From Macrostomum lignano (Eukaryota), in contig NIVC01000743.1 in assembly GCA_002269645.1 (NCBI GenBank), positions 1 through 35,572 of the forward strand: 35,572 nt of DNA, written 5' to 3'. Shown here piece after piece: positions 1 through 12,500 of the stretch (within the stretch, counting starts at the first letter, position 1; each line of letters starts with the position of its first letter). A model generated the notes under the pieces. The model saw only the letters and a list, made by a program, of their open reading frames with translations, did not search any database and was not told where the DNA came from. The position numbers and the translations under genes were made by a program.

Positions 1-2307
1 TAATTAAATTCTGAAAATATGAACTTAACTACGAAAAGACAGGAGCAGTTAAAACAAAAAAAATAACAACACTTAGTTCATATCATATCGGGTGTTTCAT
101 AGTCTAATTCTGGGGTAAAAGTAATCAAAATGGTTTTAAATAAACATTTATCTGCTTCTCATTTTCTACTCATGTTGCCATGTTGACCAAAGTATCCAGG
201 TATCAGGCGATATCCAGGTGCAGGTTTGTGGTACCCTATGGCATCGCAGCGGCCAGGCGTTGTACATTCTTGGGCCCCAGGTCCGGCTGGACAAAGAATG
301 CCGGCAGCCGAGTGCCAGGCGGCAATCTCGCCCGCTGCACTCCGGCAACGGCAGAGCGCGCTGGAAGCCCTCGTAGCGATCGGGCAGAATCTGAATGAGA
401 GTGCAAAATGTGTTTTTGACTGGTTAGTTTCGTTGCTTCGATACATGTCGGCTGTTTTGTGATATTAATTTACAGTTTCTAGGGTTGTAACTTGTTTCAT
501 CAATGATTTAACGGCCCAGCGTTGCTTGCGTCAAAAACTGTAGAATTTTAGCAAAGTAAATTACAGTATGTCGATTACTAGCCAAAGTAAATTCTAGTAC
601 CTAGGAAGAAGTACCTAGGTGTAGAGATCTTCAAGCCTAGTTGGCTACTAAAAGTAGTAAGATAAAAACACGAATACTATTTAAAACTAACACGCGTCAT
701 ACTCTATTTTCAGTAATGCATGCAATATCACGTAAACAGCGAGTGATCGTTCCATAGTCCGAAAAACCGGTTTTCAACCTATATTTCCAAATATGGTAAA
801 TGTCAATTTAAATGCGACCCAAGCTTCCCCCCTTTTCTTTGTAAAACCCCACCGGTCACGAGACAAAGTCCATCTTTTGATTCTTATCAATAAAACCGGT
901 TTTAAGCTCAAGGTCGAATGAAATCGTGTATAAATACAAGCAAAAATCCGAGCTGAAACCTCAGAATCGGAGCAGTCTTAAGAGATCTTAGGCTTAGCCA
1001 GAGCTACCAAGCAAGGCTATATCTCTGAGAGAGACAAATACCAATTGGTAAGCCGTTGTTAGAGTCTTTGTTATTTGAGTCTTTGTTACTCGATTATTGA
1101 GAGCTTTGTCATTGCCGGCCGTTACTGATCAGTCGATTTATTGAGTTATTGAATTTGAGGCCTCCCTATTTCTAAGGGATTGGATAGGATCGGCGGACCG
1201 GTTCCGATACTCTTAGTCGATTACTGATTGATTGATTTTGGTACCCTAGAGTAACCGATAGGAGCACACGACTCCGATTCCGTTATTTCTAGAAGAAGAC
1301 GCCCTTTCGGAGGACCTCGTTATTGTTATAGAGTTGACTTTGTTATTAGGGCGCATCTCTGCACTCGAGGAATATATTGACGTTGACGGACTAAGTTATT
1401 AAGCTCTCATATTCTGCCGATTCTAGAATTCAAGAAAACTACTCCGGAGGAAGCATATTTGAAGAGACGAGCTCGGAAAACCTGCCCGACAAAGAAGAGG
1501 AGCCCGCATCAGTAAGTGAACACCGAACTTTGTTCCCAGGCTTGAGGTCTGGAAGTGGGAGTTCGTGCGTTTAGACACTAGAATAAATTCTCTCTCTCTT
1601 CTCTTTCTCTCTCTCTTTCCCTCTCTCTAGTGTGCTATAAGCGAACTCTTCATAGGTATCCAGGTAATAAAAGTTCCTAGGGAGCGCTGGGAAGAGTGGC
1701 GCTCACACAGGACCCCTTAATCCGCGCCCGGCTACAGCTGTTGCGAAAAATTTTAAAAGTCTCATTTTTAGTCAGTTAATTCTGTTTTTACTGAACTTTT
1801 ACAATTCAATTTACAATTCAGAATTTGCGTTACAGTTGAAATCAGATAAGGATTTATGGATTCCGACTGGGGGTATTTGCTTTAGACGAGTCAATTATGG
1901 ATGGAATGCGCTTATCTGTTGTGGTAGGATGCAATGACTCACTAGGCGGCACCGCCAAGCATCAGAACGTGGCCGCCGGCCGGCCATCTTAGCGGACAAA
2001 ATCAGCGATGGCCTCGCTCAGTCGGGGAGGTGAACAGCGTCCGAGTGGCCAAACCACGGCTAGCCAGCCAGGTCTGCTGGCAGCGGATTCTGTCACCTGC
2101 GGGTTGATTGCGGTGCGTTGCGACTTTAGTACAACCTGAGCAACTGTAAATTAAAGTCACAAAACAGCCGATATGTATTGAAGAGCTGTACTTTTTTCAG
2201 AAAGGGCATCAAAGTATCGCTTTTAACCGATACTTTTTTCGAGTATCGTTCCCAACACTGGGTAATTATTATCACTTTTTAATTGTTTCTTTTCTAACAT
2301 TTTTAGG

Positions 2308-2868
2308 GATGCTGCCTTCCGTAAGTGCAAGGAGCTGCTCAGCAGGGCGCCGGTGCTCGCACATTTCGATGAGCGGCAGCCACTAGTGCTGGAGTGCGAC
2401 GCTTCTCCATACGGCATCGGTGCTGTCATCAGCCATCGAATCTGGAGAACGATGCGCTGGCAGTGGTGTTCGGAGTGAAGAAGTTTCACACGTATCTATA
2501 CGGCCGGCAGTTCACGCTGATCAGCGATCACAAGCCGTTGTTGGGGCTGCTGCATGAGTCGAAGCCGATTCCTGCCATGGCTTCCAGCAGAATCCAGCGG
2601 TGGGCGCTCACCCTGGCCGCCTACAGCTACTCCATGGTGCACAGGTCGGGCAGATCGCTGCTGCGTGCGGATGTTCTCAGCCGTCTGCCGCTGCCAGAGA
2701 GGCCGAAAAGTTCACTGGTACCAGCGGATTTCGTGCTGCTCATGGACATGCTGGACGAAGTTCCGGTGACGGCACGACACATTCGAGCATGAACAAGGAC
2801 GGACCCCGTGCTGTCCAAGGTGTTGCGATCAGCCGAGTCCGGCCAGTGGCCGGCGAGACCGCCTCCGT
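2308..2868 (+). pseudogene. Decayed Ty3/gypsy pol fragment (RT-linked RNase H)
   Basis: AFRKCKELLSRAPVLAHFD..LECDASPYGIGAVISH, then after a frameshift ALAVVFGVKKFHTYLYGRQFTLISDHKPLLGL..RIQRWALTL..ADVLSRLP. No RT core or integrase is present. Confidence 0.9.
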
Positions 2869-3001
<133 letters not shown>

Positions 3002-3155
3002 TTAAAACACGAGTAGTTTATAGTATCGGTGGCAGACAATAAAATTTGTAGAAAGGCTGTTGTCAAGCATGGTGGCGCATTTGATTATTGAAATAATTGG
3101 ACCTCCTTAGAGTTCAGCGCAGCTATTTCAGCCTTTGAAATCGTAAACAACTTGA

Positions 3156-3161
3156 TTTATT
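3156..3161 (-). terminator. Candidate polyadenylation signal (AATAAA) of the mucin gene
   Basis: Plus-strand TTTATT, downstream of the inferred stop codon. Confidence 0.35.
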
Positions 3162-3483
3162 ATTAGAAATTTTATAAACAAATTAAAAAACATTTACGCA
3201 TTTAAACTTTCGTCAAGCCTTTTTGGAAAAAGTTCTGCTAACTGGGGCGGCGACAACGCGATGAAGGCAGGTGTCAGACCCGTGTATAAACGTGCTGTGT
3301 CAGCAGGATGAAACTTACAGTAGAAATATGGTAGTAAAATGTCTAAATAGTCTTATAAAAATTGGTTTGTGTGGGCTATTTTAGTTTCAACATGAGCAGA
3401 TGCAGAGTACAGAGTGCAGAAATGTTGAACGCTCATCATAATTAGTCTCTGCTCTTTCGCTTTGTTAATCACGTCCGGGACCT

Positions 3484-3551
3484 TCAGGCGGCGTGGCTGT
3501 CCGGCCTATTGGTGCCGGGGCCGTCCACTGGGTCGTAGAACTGAGCCCTGT
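3484..3551 (-). CDS. Mucin putative last coding exon ([22 protein letters not shown])
   Basis: Acceptor atttttcccaacattgcag, phase 1 matches, TGA at 3486-3484, AATAAA about 320 nt downstream. Confidence 0.55.
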
Positions 3552-6500
3552 CTGCAATGTTGGGAAAAATTGTTTGCTATTATAGTTACTAATTATACTG
3601 TATTAGTGAATAGTGACTGTGTCCTTGATCTGACTGTCTTAAGATTCATCGATTTATCATGGCTTGTTCACCAGATTTAGGATATTACAAATGCTAGACA
3701 TAACAAGAAATAGAAATAATCTGACATGGGCATGTAGGGCATGTAAAGCGGATGGCTGCTGCACTGGCAGATAGCGCCAACCCTGGAGGCCGGCTGTGGC
3801 TGCAGAACGCATTGGCAAAATGGGAAACTCTCAGATTTTGTCATCAATTCTCAATATTTCACCTTCTGAACATCCGAATCGCAAATCGAACAAATCTAAG
3901 TTTTGTTCGAGGTGAGCTCACAAGTTTATTGAGCTAGCTTTCATGAAGTGCTACCTCACTCACTCACTCATTCACACTCACTCACTCACTCACTCACTCA
4001 CTCACTCACAAACTCACTCACTCACCCAATCACTTACTCACTCATTCACCCACTCACTCATTCACTCACTCACTCACTCACTCACTCACTCACTCACTCA
4101 CTCACTAACTCACTCACTCAATCACTCACTCACTCACTCACTCACTCACTCACTCACTCACTCACTCACTCACTCACTCACTAACTCACTCACTCACTCA
4201 CTCAATCACTCACTCACTCACTCACTCACTCACTCACTAACTCACTCACTCACTCACTCACTCACTCACTCACTCACTAACTCACCCACCCACTCACTCA
4301 CTCACTCACTCACTCACTCACTCACTCACTCACTCACTCACTCATTCACTCACTCACTCACTCACTCACTCACTCACTCACTCACTCACTCACTCACTCA
4401 CTCACTCACTCACTCACTCACTCACCCAATCACTCACTCACTCACTCACTCACTCACTCACTCACTCACTCACACACTCACTCACTCACTCACCCAATCA
4501 CTCACTCACTCACTCACTCACTCACTCACTCACTCACTCACTCACTCACTCACTCACTCACTCACTCACTCACTCACTCACTCACTCACTCACTCATTTT
4601 AATCAAACATCAAACAGCAAAGAAGAAAACCTTGCTCGCCTGCATGAAGCAGTACTTTAAATTCAAGGCTTTTGAAGCTAGGGACTAAAAGCTGAGTCCC
4701 GGCAGAACATAAATATAGAAAGAAGAATTGTGATTCCATTCCGGCACTATTTTCCCATTTGTCCTATTTTCAAACCCAAATTTCGGTGTCGCAGTTCGCT
4801 GTTTCTCTGCTTTCAGTAGCAAAAGGAAGAACGCAAAGGCTATTTTATAGAAGAAAGGCAGCTGGATGACCCGTAAAGAACTTGCTGTCGGTGGAGCAAT
4901 AAAGAAAATTTTCATTCCAATTCGAAATTGAGCTGTGCTTAATAGTGAAGCTTCCATTCTCAATTGCTGGCTGTGGAAAAAGCTAAAGGTTTTACTTTCA
5001 ATTTTGAAGCTGTGCATTCAGTTTTGACAAAAATGATTAACGCAAGCATATGTATGGAGATATAGCTTCGTTTTTAAAGTGTAGACATCCTAAAAGGTGC
5101 AGCTAGTTTCTAGCGGCTTGCTTGTAACCAAGGTTAAGAAAGAACAATCTAAATCCCCACGCTGAGTCCCCAACCTGGTCCGTACGGCTCCTCAATCCGG
5201 TAGTTCGTCTTCAAGTTCAGTTCGTCCCTCAGGCGCCTGGTCTGCACAGCGTAGACCTGCAGGTTTTAGGAGGGTTTGTGCGGTTTTAGCGGACTTCCCA
5301 TATCACCCAGTTGCTTAGGTAATAGCTTCCGCGAGCTTCTTCATGTAACAAGAACAACTTCATGTAACTAAAACAAGGATTTTAAGTTGTCCCCGACTGC
5401 TACTTAGTCGGTATATTTAACATTGAGCCATTTCTTAGCCAAGATGCATGTACCGTGCCAGGAAAATTTCTGATCAAATGGTGCAAGTCTGAAGAAAATC
5501 GGTTGAGCCAATTTTTCTGAAATCTATCGCATAGCTAGATAGATAGATAGATAGAGACAGACAACTCATTTTTAGTACTAGTCGGTATAAGCAAAGAAAC
5601 ACAGCTAATGGGCACAAGCGCTTGTGCAGTATTGCATACAGCAGCATTCAAGTCGCTTACGATGATAAAGATGACGAGGACAAGCAGGAAAAGTCCGCCA
5701 ATTACTGCAACCAGAATGATCAGGATGGTGTAATCCTGCGACACGGCCTCAGGGCCACCGCTTGTGGCTGTGCCGGCACTGGCTGCCGCAGTCGTGGCCG
5801 CTGCCCGAGTGGTGGATTCGACGGCCGTTGTCGTTGAGCTGGTACTGGTGAGGCTTGTGACGGCTGTGAATTTAGGGAACCATTCGAAATTATTTCATAT
5901 GGTATATACATGTCAAAGGCACAAAAAGCGCTTGCAATTTAAGCTGCTTTGCTCACCCGAAGATCCAATGTTATCGATGATGACACCACCCAGATCTGTT
6001 GCTTTCAAACCTTTTGTGAGAAGCTCGATAATAGAAGCTGCTGTGTTTGTAGACGTGTCTCGAACCACAAGGTTTCCACTGATGACAACACTTCCCGACT
6101 TAAACTGTAAGTTTACTGCGTTTTGCAGTTCACCATAAAGCGAAGTTGACCTGGATGATTTCATAATGGTCTCAAAGGCGTAGTTAGCCAGCTGCTTGTA
6201 GCGCCAACTGTTCGGGTCTGCATAGTCATCGAACCACTGCAAATTTGAAAAGCGGAACGAGAACGGCACGGTCTTGACGTTCTTAAACACAGGCTGGTAG
6301 TTGGACGGACAGATGCAAGACGTCGTTGTGGGCGCAACAGTCGTAGTTGTAGTCGGAGTTGTAGTAGTGGTGGAAGTAGTCGTTGTTGTTGTGGTGCTTG
6401 TAGTTGGAGTAGTAGTGGTAGTAGTCGGAGTGGTTGTGGTAGTAGTCGGAGTGGTTGTTGTAGTAGTCGGAGTGGTTGTGGTAGTAGTCGGAGTGGTTGT

Positions 6501-9500
6501 GGTTGTAGTCGGAGTGGTTGTGGTTGTAGTCGGAGTGGTTGTTGTAGTAGTCGGAGTGGTTGTGGTAGTAGTCGGAGTGGTTGTGGTAGTAGTCGGAGTG
6601 GTTGTGGTAGTAGTCGGAGTGGTTGTAGTAGTAGTCGGAGTGGTTGTGGTAGTAGTCGGAGTGGTTGTGGTAGTAGTCGGAGTGGTTGTGGTAGTAGTCG
6701 GAGTGGTTGTGGTAGTAGTCGGAGTGGTTGTGGTAGTAGTCGGAGTGGTTGTGGTAGTAGTCGGAGTGGTTGTGGTAGTAGTCGGAGTGGTTGTGGTAGT
6801 AGTCGGAGTGGTTGTGGTAGTAGTCGGAGTGGTTGTGGTAGTAGTGGTTATTGATGTAGTCGTTGTCAAACACACTGCTGGAACTGTCGTGAAGCAGCCG
6901 TTAATGATGAGGTACATTTGGAAATTCGTGCTCGTTGCTGAAGCCGTCTTGAGTGTGCGCGGCAAAATTATGAACTGAGCTACTGGAAAGCCGATGTCGA
7001 AGCACAGATCCGCCGCAGTGTCTGAGGATACCAAGCTAGCAAGATTTTGGAAAGGTGCCGCATAGAACTGCTTGTATCGAATCGTAGCCTCTCTAACGTT
7101 TCCAGAGAGACACAACTAGAATTATGGCAGGGTAGAGCATTTAAGACCGATGCGTTCTCTGCACTGCTTAGAGAAATAAAGCTAAAAAAGCTTACCCTGT
7201 CAATATAAATTCCACTACGACAGTTATTAATGGTAAGATCCACAGTCAAATATCCATCCGTACCGGTGCGAATATTGAAGCCAGTAGCATCACTGAAGCT
7301 GGTGGCCCCCGTGATATAGTCCATTGGCAGGAGCGATGAGTTCGACAGAGCGTTTACCATTGGACAGACTGAATAAACAATTTGCTTTTAGCCGTTAGCG
7401 TTCAGAATAAACAAACAATTTTGTCTTTACATAAAGGATAGTGCATTTGACTTACACGTGGTTCCCACAGTCGTAACGGTCGTGGGGGTTTTGGCAGTAG
7501 ATGAACTGCTGGTCGTCGTGCTTGACGTGGTTGCGCTAGTGCTTGTCCTCGTGCTGGTCGTTGGAGTGCATCCCGGAATCGGCATGAAGCAGCCATACAC
7601 CGACAGGAAGAAGTTGTAAGTGCTAGATCCGGTGGCTGCAGAAGACTTCAGTTCCTTCGGTGCGATGATGATAGAGCTCACGTTGAAGTTCAGGTCGTAG
7701 CACAGAAGTCCTGGACCGTCTTGAATAATAGTTGTGGACTGAACCAGTGGCAGGTATGACTGAGATGCCGATGTCTGGTAGATGAGGTCAGCTCTCTTTA
7801 CATTACCGCCGATAAGGCAAACCTAAAAAGTGCAAGGATTTTTCGGTTACAGATTGAATCGTGACGCGACTCTAATGACCAATTAAATCAATGCTACAGA
7901 GACTAATTGTACCTGTGTGATGTATTCTGGTCTGCGGCAGTTGTTGGATGTCAAATCGATGAAAAGTCCTTCGCCGGGTGCTCTAGACATTGTGTAGCCC
8001 AATACAGGAGAGAATGTTGCTCCACTGATGGCCCAGGAAGGCAGCAACGATGTATCAGCGATCGCATCGACAGCAGGACAAACTAAGAGAAATATTCAAG
8101 TTCAGTATACGATAACAAAAAGTTTTAAAAGAAATTAAGCCAAAGTACTTACATGTTGGCTTTGGTGTAGTAGTTGCTGTCGTAGTTGAACTTATTGTTG
8201 TCGATGTGGTGGAAGCTGTTGAAGTAGTTGGTGTTGTTGTTGCAGTTGACTTTGTTGTCTCCGTTGTGGAAGCAATTGGTGTTGTAGTTGTGGAAGATGT
8301 TGGCAGTGTAGTAGTTTTCGTCGTTGTTGGTGTAGTTGTAGTTGTAGAACTTGTTGATGGTGTCAATGTGCTTGAAGTTGTAGTAGAGGTCGAAGTTGTT
8401 GGAGATGTAGTCGATGTGCTGGTTGTTGGAGTCGTCGTTGTGGGTGTTGTAGTCGTACTCGTTGTTGTTGAAGTCGTGGTTGAAGTTGTCGTTGGAGTAG
8501 TAGTTGTGGTGGTAGTCGTTGGAGTCGTGAGGCAGGCGCTTGTTAGAGGCGTGAAGCAGGCATCGACTCTAACAAAGAAATTGAACATACTGTCGGTCGA
8601 GAACGATTTGAGTCGCAGAGGCACAATTGCTATTTTAGCTACAGTCTCTTTGTTGAGAACTGTGTAGCACCACGGACTCGTAGTGTCAACTGAGATGCTC
8701 GAAGCAGACAAATCAGGTGAGTACTTTTCAGTGCTTAATCTTGCAAACAGCAAGTTGGCTTCTCGCACGTTACCAATCAGACAAATCTGAAAGAATAAGC
8801 GGACATTCCAGTGTATGGAAACATGTGAGGAAAATATAGTTCAAGACACGTCATAAATGACATACAAACGCGTACCCTATCAACGACTATTGGCGGCCGA
8901 CATGAGTTTACAGTCAGATCAATCTCAAGGCTTCCGTTCTTCAGAGGAAGTCTGTAGCCATAGAATGGGTCGTATTCTCCACCAGTTACAGCGAATGAAG
9001 GAATCAAGTTGGACTGGTAGAAGCCGTCAATAGCGCAAGACGTTGTGGTTTCCAGTGTTGTGGTCAGAGTAGTTCTTGTTGTCGTCGATGTCGTAGTGCT
9101 GGTCGTTGGAGTCGTCGTAGTGGTAGATGTAGTCGGTGTAGTTGTAGTAGTGCTTGTTGTAACAGTAGTCGGCGTGGTCGGCGTTGTAGTAGTTGTAGTC
9201 GTGCTGGTAGTGCTGGTGCTGGTCGTTGTGGTCGGCGTGGTCAGACACGTGGAGTTAAGAGGATTGATGCAGGCCATGAGAGACACGAAGAACTGGTACT
9301 CGGTTGAGTTGTAGCCAGGCTTTGTAGCTTGAGGAACAATCACTAGTTCAGAGGTGAGTCTATTAAGATCATAGCACAGAGGATCTCCAGTTGAAGAAGT
9401 CTTTCCTGGCGTGTTGAAGTCGGGTACCAGTTTGTCGCTGGTTGGCTCTCGGATCAAGATTTGTGCATTGAACACGTTTCCAGCGATGCACAGCTGCAAT

Positions 9501-12500
9501 CACGATCGTTGACGATTAGTTAGATTAATGTTATATACGAGCGTAGTTACTAAGCGAGTAAGCATATCCATGTCGAAAACAGGAATACAACATCTAAACT
9601 TTACCCTTGAAATCACAGCAGCGGGTCGGCAGCCAAAGACAGTAAGATCGATTTTCAATGCGGCTTTGAGGGGAAGAATGTATCCAAAAAGCTCTCTGTA
9701 TGTGCCACCAGTGACTGCGAATGATGGCAGCAAGTCCGAACGACTGAAGGCATCAACGAGGCATGCTGAAAATCAAGTAGTCAGTTTTAAAAATGATTAA
9801 TCGCATTTTGTAAGCTGGGTTTCCAAAGAAACTCGAGAACAAAAACTAAAATGTTTCTTTTTAAACGTTGTTTTAACTTACAAGTAGTAGTAGTCGGGGT
9901 TGTTATTGTAGTTGTTGGAGTCGTCGTCACAGTCGTGGTGGGCGTAGTTGTAGTTCTAGTAGTGGTAGGTGTAGTTGTTGTAGTGGAAGTCGAAGAGGTG
10001 CTTGTCGATGTTGGCGTTGTTGTAGTTGTAGATGACGTTGGTAGAGTAGTTGGCGTTGTGGTTGTTGGCGTTGTGGTTGTTGGAGTTGTTGTAGGAGTTG
10101 TTGTTGGCGTTGTAGTTGTTGAAGTTGTGGTCGGTTTTGTTGTGCTTGTTGTTGTGCTTGTAGTGGGAGTTGTGGTACTTGTGGTAGTAGTAGTGGCTGT
10201 AGTCGTTGTGGTTGTGGTTGTTGGTGTTGTTTGGCATGTGTCGTTAAGCGGCAAGAAGCAAGCTTGTATAGTCAAGAAAAACTGATAGTTCACTGCAGGA
10301 GCTTGAAGAGCAGTAGGCTTGACTTGGAGCTCGACCATGTCGATGTTCAAATTGTAGCACAGTTGAGAACTACTAGTTTCATAGTTTATTGAGTCGGCGA
10401 AGATAACCGGATAGTCGGAATATGTTCTTCGATAAACCACGTTTGATCTTTTTACATTTCCTCCTATCAAGCAAACCTGAAATGTTCCAAGCGTTTTAAA
10501 CGGAGTATCTGAAGACAAAATTCTCGTAGTCTATAGTAAGCACACTGCTTAGCTGGTAAAACTACTACATCATTCGTAACAAAACTCAGAAACAAAAAAT
10601 ATTCAAATAGTTTTACGTGATAAACTGTTTAGGTTTGCTCTCAACACTAACTGTCGAACAAAAACTATAAGAGTTAAAGTACTAAATAGTACTTTATACT
10701 AATTGCTTAATAGTACTACGAGGGTGTTCAAAACGTCTTAGGACGTTTTCTCATTACTGTTGGGCTGCGCCCTTCCAGTGCTTGTGTACTTTGTCTTGTT
10801 TTCATTTTTTCATGCCGCCCCGCCCCGTCCCCCGTCTCGCGCCCGGGCCAGGGTTTGTGAGAGGCGTAAGCCTCAACCCTGGCCTAGCCCTTTCTGCACC
10901 CAGCCCCCGGCCCAACTTCTGTCCAATCTGGTTGCTGACCCTACCCCCTCCCTCTTTGCCCGCCTCACCCTAGGGCTGCTCGTATTGGCTGGCTGGCTGA
11001 TAAGCCGGCTGGGCCCCAGGGTTTGGCTCGCCCTCTCCATTCTGCCCCACCCCTCCCCTTTTCTGTGTAAATATTATGTAAAGGCTAGCCCTGAGCGGGC
11101 TGCGCTCCACGCTTTTCGTTCTTTCTGATTTTTCCGTTCTTCGGCGTACCTCTGCCCTTTGCGTACCAATAACTGCTTCGTGCCAATAACTGCTTTTTGC
11201 CAATAAACGTTCCGCCAATTCTAACGCCTTGTTAATAAGTCGATACATCAAGAAGAGGTGAGCGCGTGCTTTCTTCTTTCGGGTTGCCGCGTGGGGCCGG
11301 ATCTGTAGGGACCTGGGACCGGTGAACACTCGCTGATCCCAGGGTGGTCGGTCCGGCGAACTCTCGCCGAACCGAGCGAGGCGGTCGTCGGAGTAGCCAG
11401 GGAGGGCTGGGACCGGGGTGTCTCAGGCGGGAGGGCCCGAACCATGACCCGTCCAGCGGCCATTAGGCCGAGACACAACATTACTCTTTTTAACAGTCAG
11501 CAATAGTACTCCTTGCTTGGCACATCTTTCGTTTCTCTGTAATATACGTACCTGATAAACAGTCAAGGCTCCCCGGCATCCACGAGCTGTGAGGTCAATC
11601 GCTATGTATCCACCGCTGGAAACTGGAATGTTCCAGCCAGTAGCGCCGTCAAACGTCGCACCAGTGATCGTAAATTGCGGCAAGTACACAGGACTCGATA
11701 AACCATTAACGACGGGACAAACTGTAATGACAACGTGAAAATGTCTTATTTATTAAGTTATTAATACACTACTTCTCGAATACAGCTCTCAATGACAATT
11801 GAGCACTTAAAAGAATCATGTAACGATCTTATTTACTTGTTGTGGGCACTGTTGTAGTACTTGTACTTGTCAGAGTAGTTGTAGTGGTAGTGGTCGACGT
11901 TGTCGGTGTAGTTGTTGTGGTTGTTGTGGGTGTTGTAGTTGTTGTAGTAGTGGTCGTTGTTGTCGGAGTTGTCAAGCAGGTATTATTCAAAGGTGTGAAG
12001 CAAGCCTTGATTGTGATGTAAGCTCGAAATGCCGTGTCGGAGCTGAAAGCGCTCTTCAACTGTTGCGGTGAGATGCGCACACCAGTGAGCATCATTCCTG
12101 TAGGCGGAGTGAAGCACAACGGATCGGAAACCCCAGTAGCTGACTGGCTTGCAGACGGAAGATTCGGACTGAATGGTCCTCCGTATGTAGTTTGATACAG
12201 GATGTAGGAACTCTGAATGTTTCCTAGTAGACAAATCTGCAAAAACCGTTGTGTGGTACACAATGGGTATTGTCTAGTGGTATGTCTGAAATGTATTAGC
12301 AAAGTGTCACGTTGTAACGAAATTCCTGCTCAATACTCACGCTCTCAACAGTAATTGGCATGCGGCAGCCAAACACGGAGATGTCCACTGTCATTGTGTA
12401 GGTACCACCAGTTCGAATCATGTACCCTGAAGCAGTGTAATTGGCTCCACTGACTGCAAATGATGGAATAAAGCGCTCATCCGACAAGCCATCAACTGCA

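Noticed and set aside
1682-1704. GAGCGC-N11-GCGCTC hairpin near a CTAG, suggestive of a Helitron end
   Set aside because: The stem is short and the CTAG lies upstream of the hairpin rather than just downstream of it.
3943-4602. 219-aa THSL-repeat ORF
   Set aside because: It is the (TCAC)n microsatellite.
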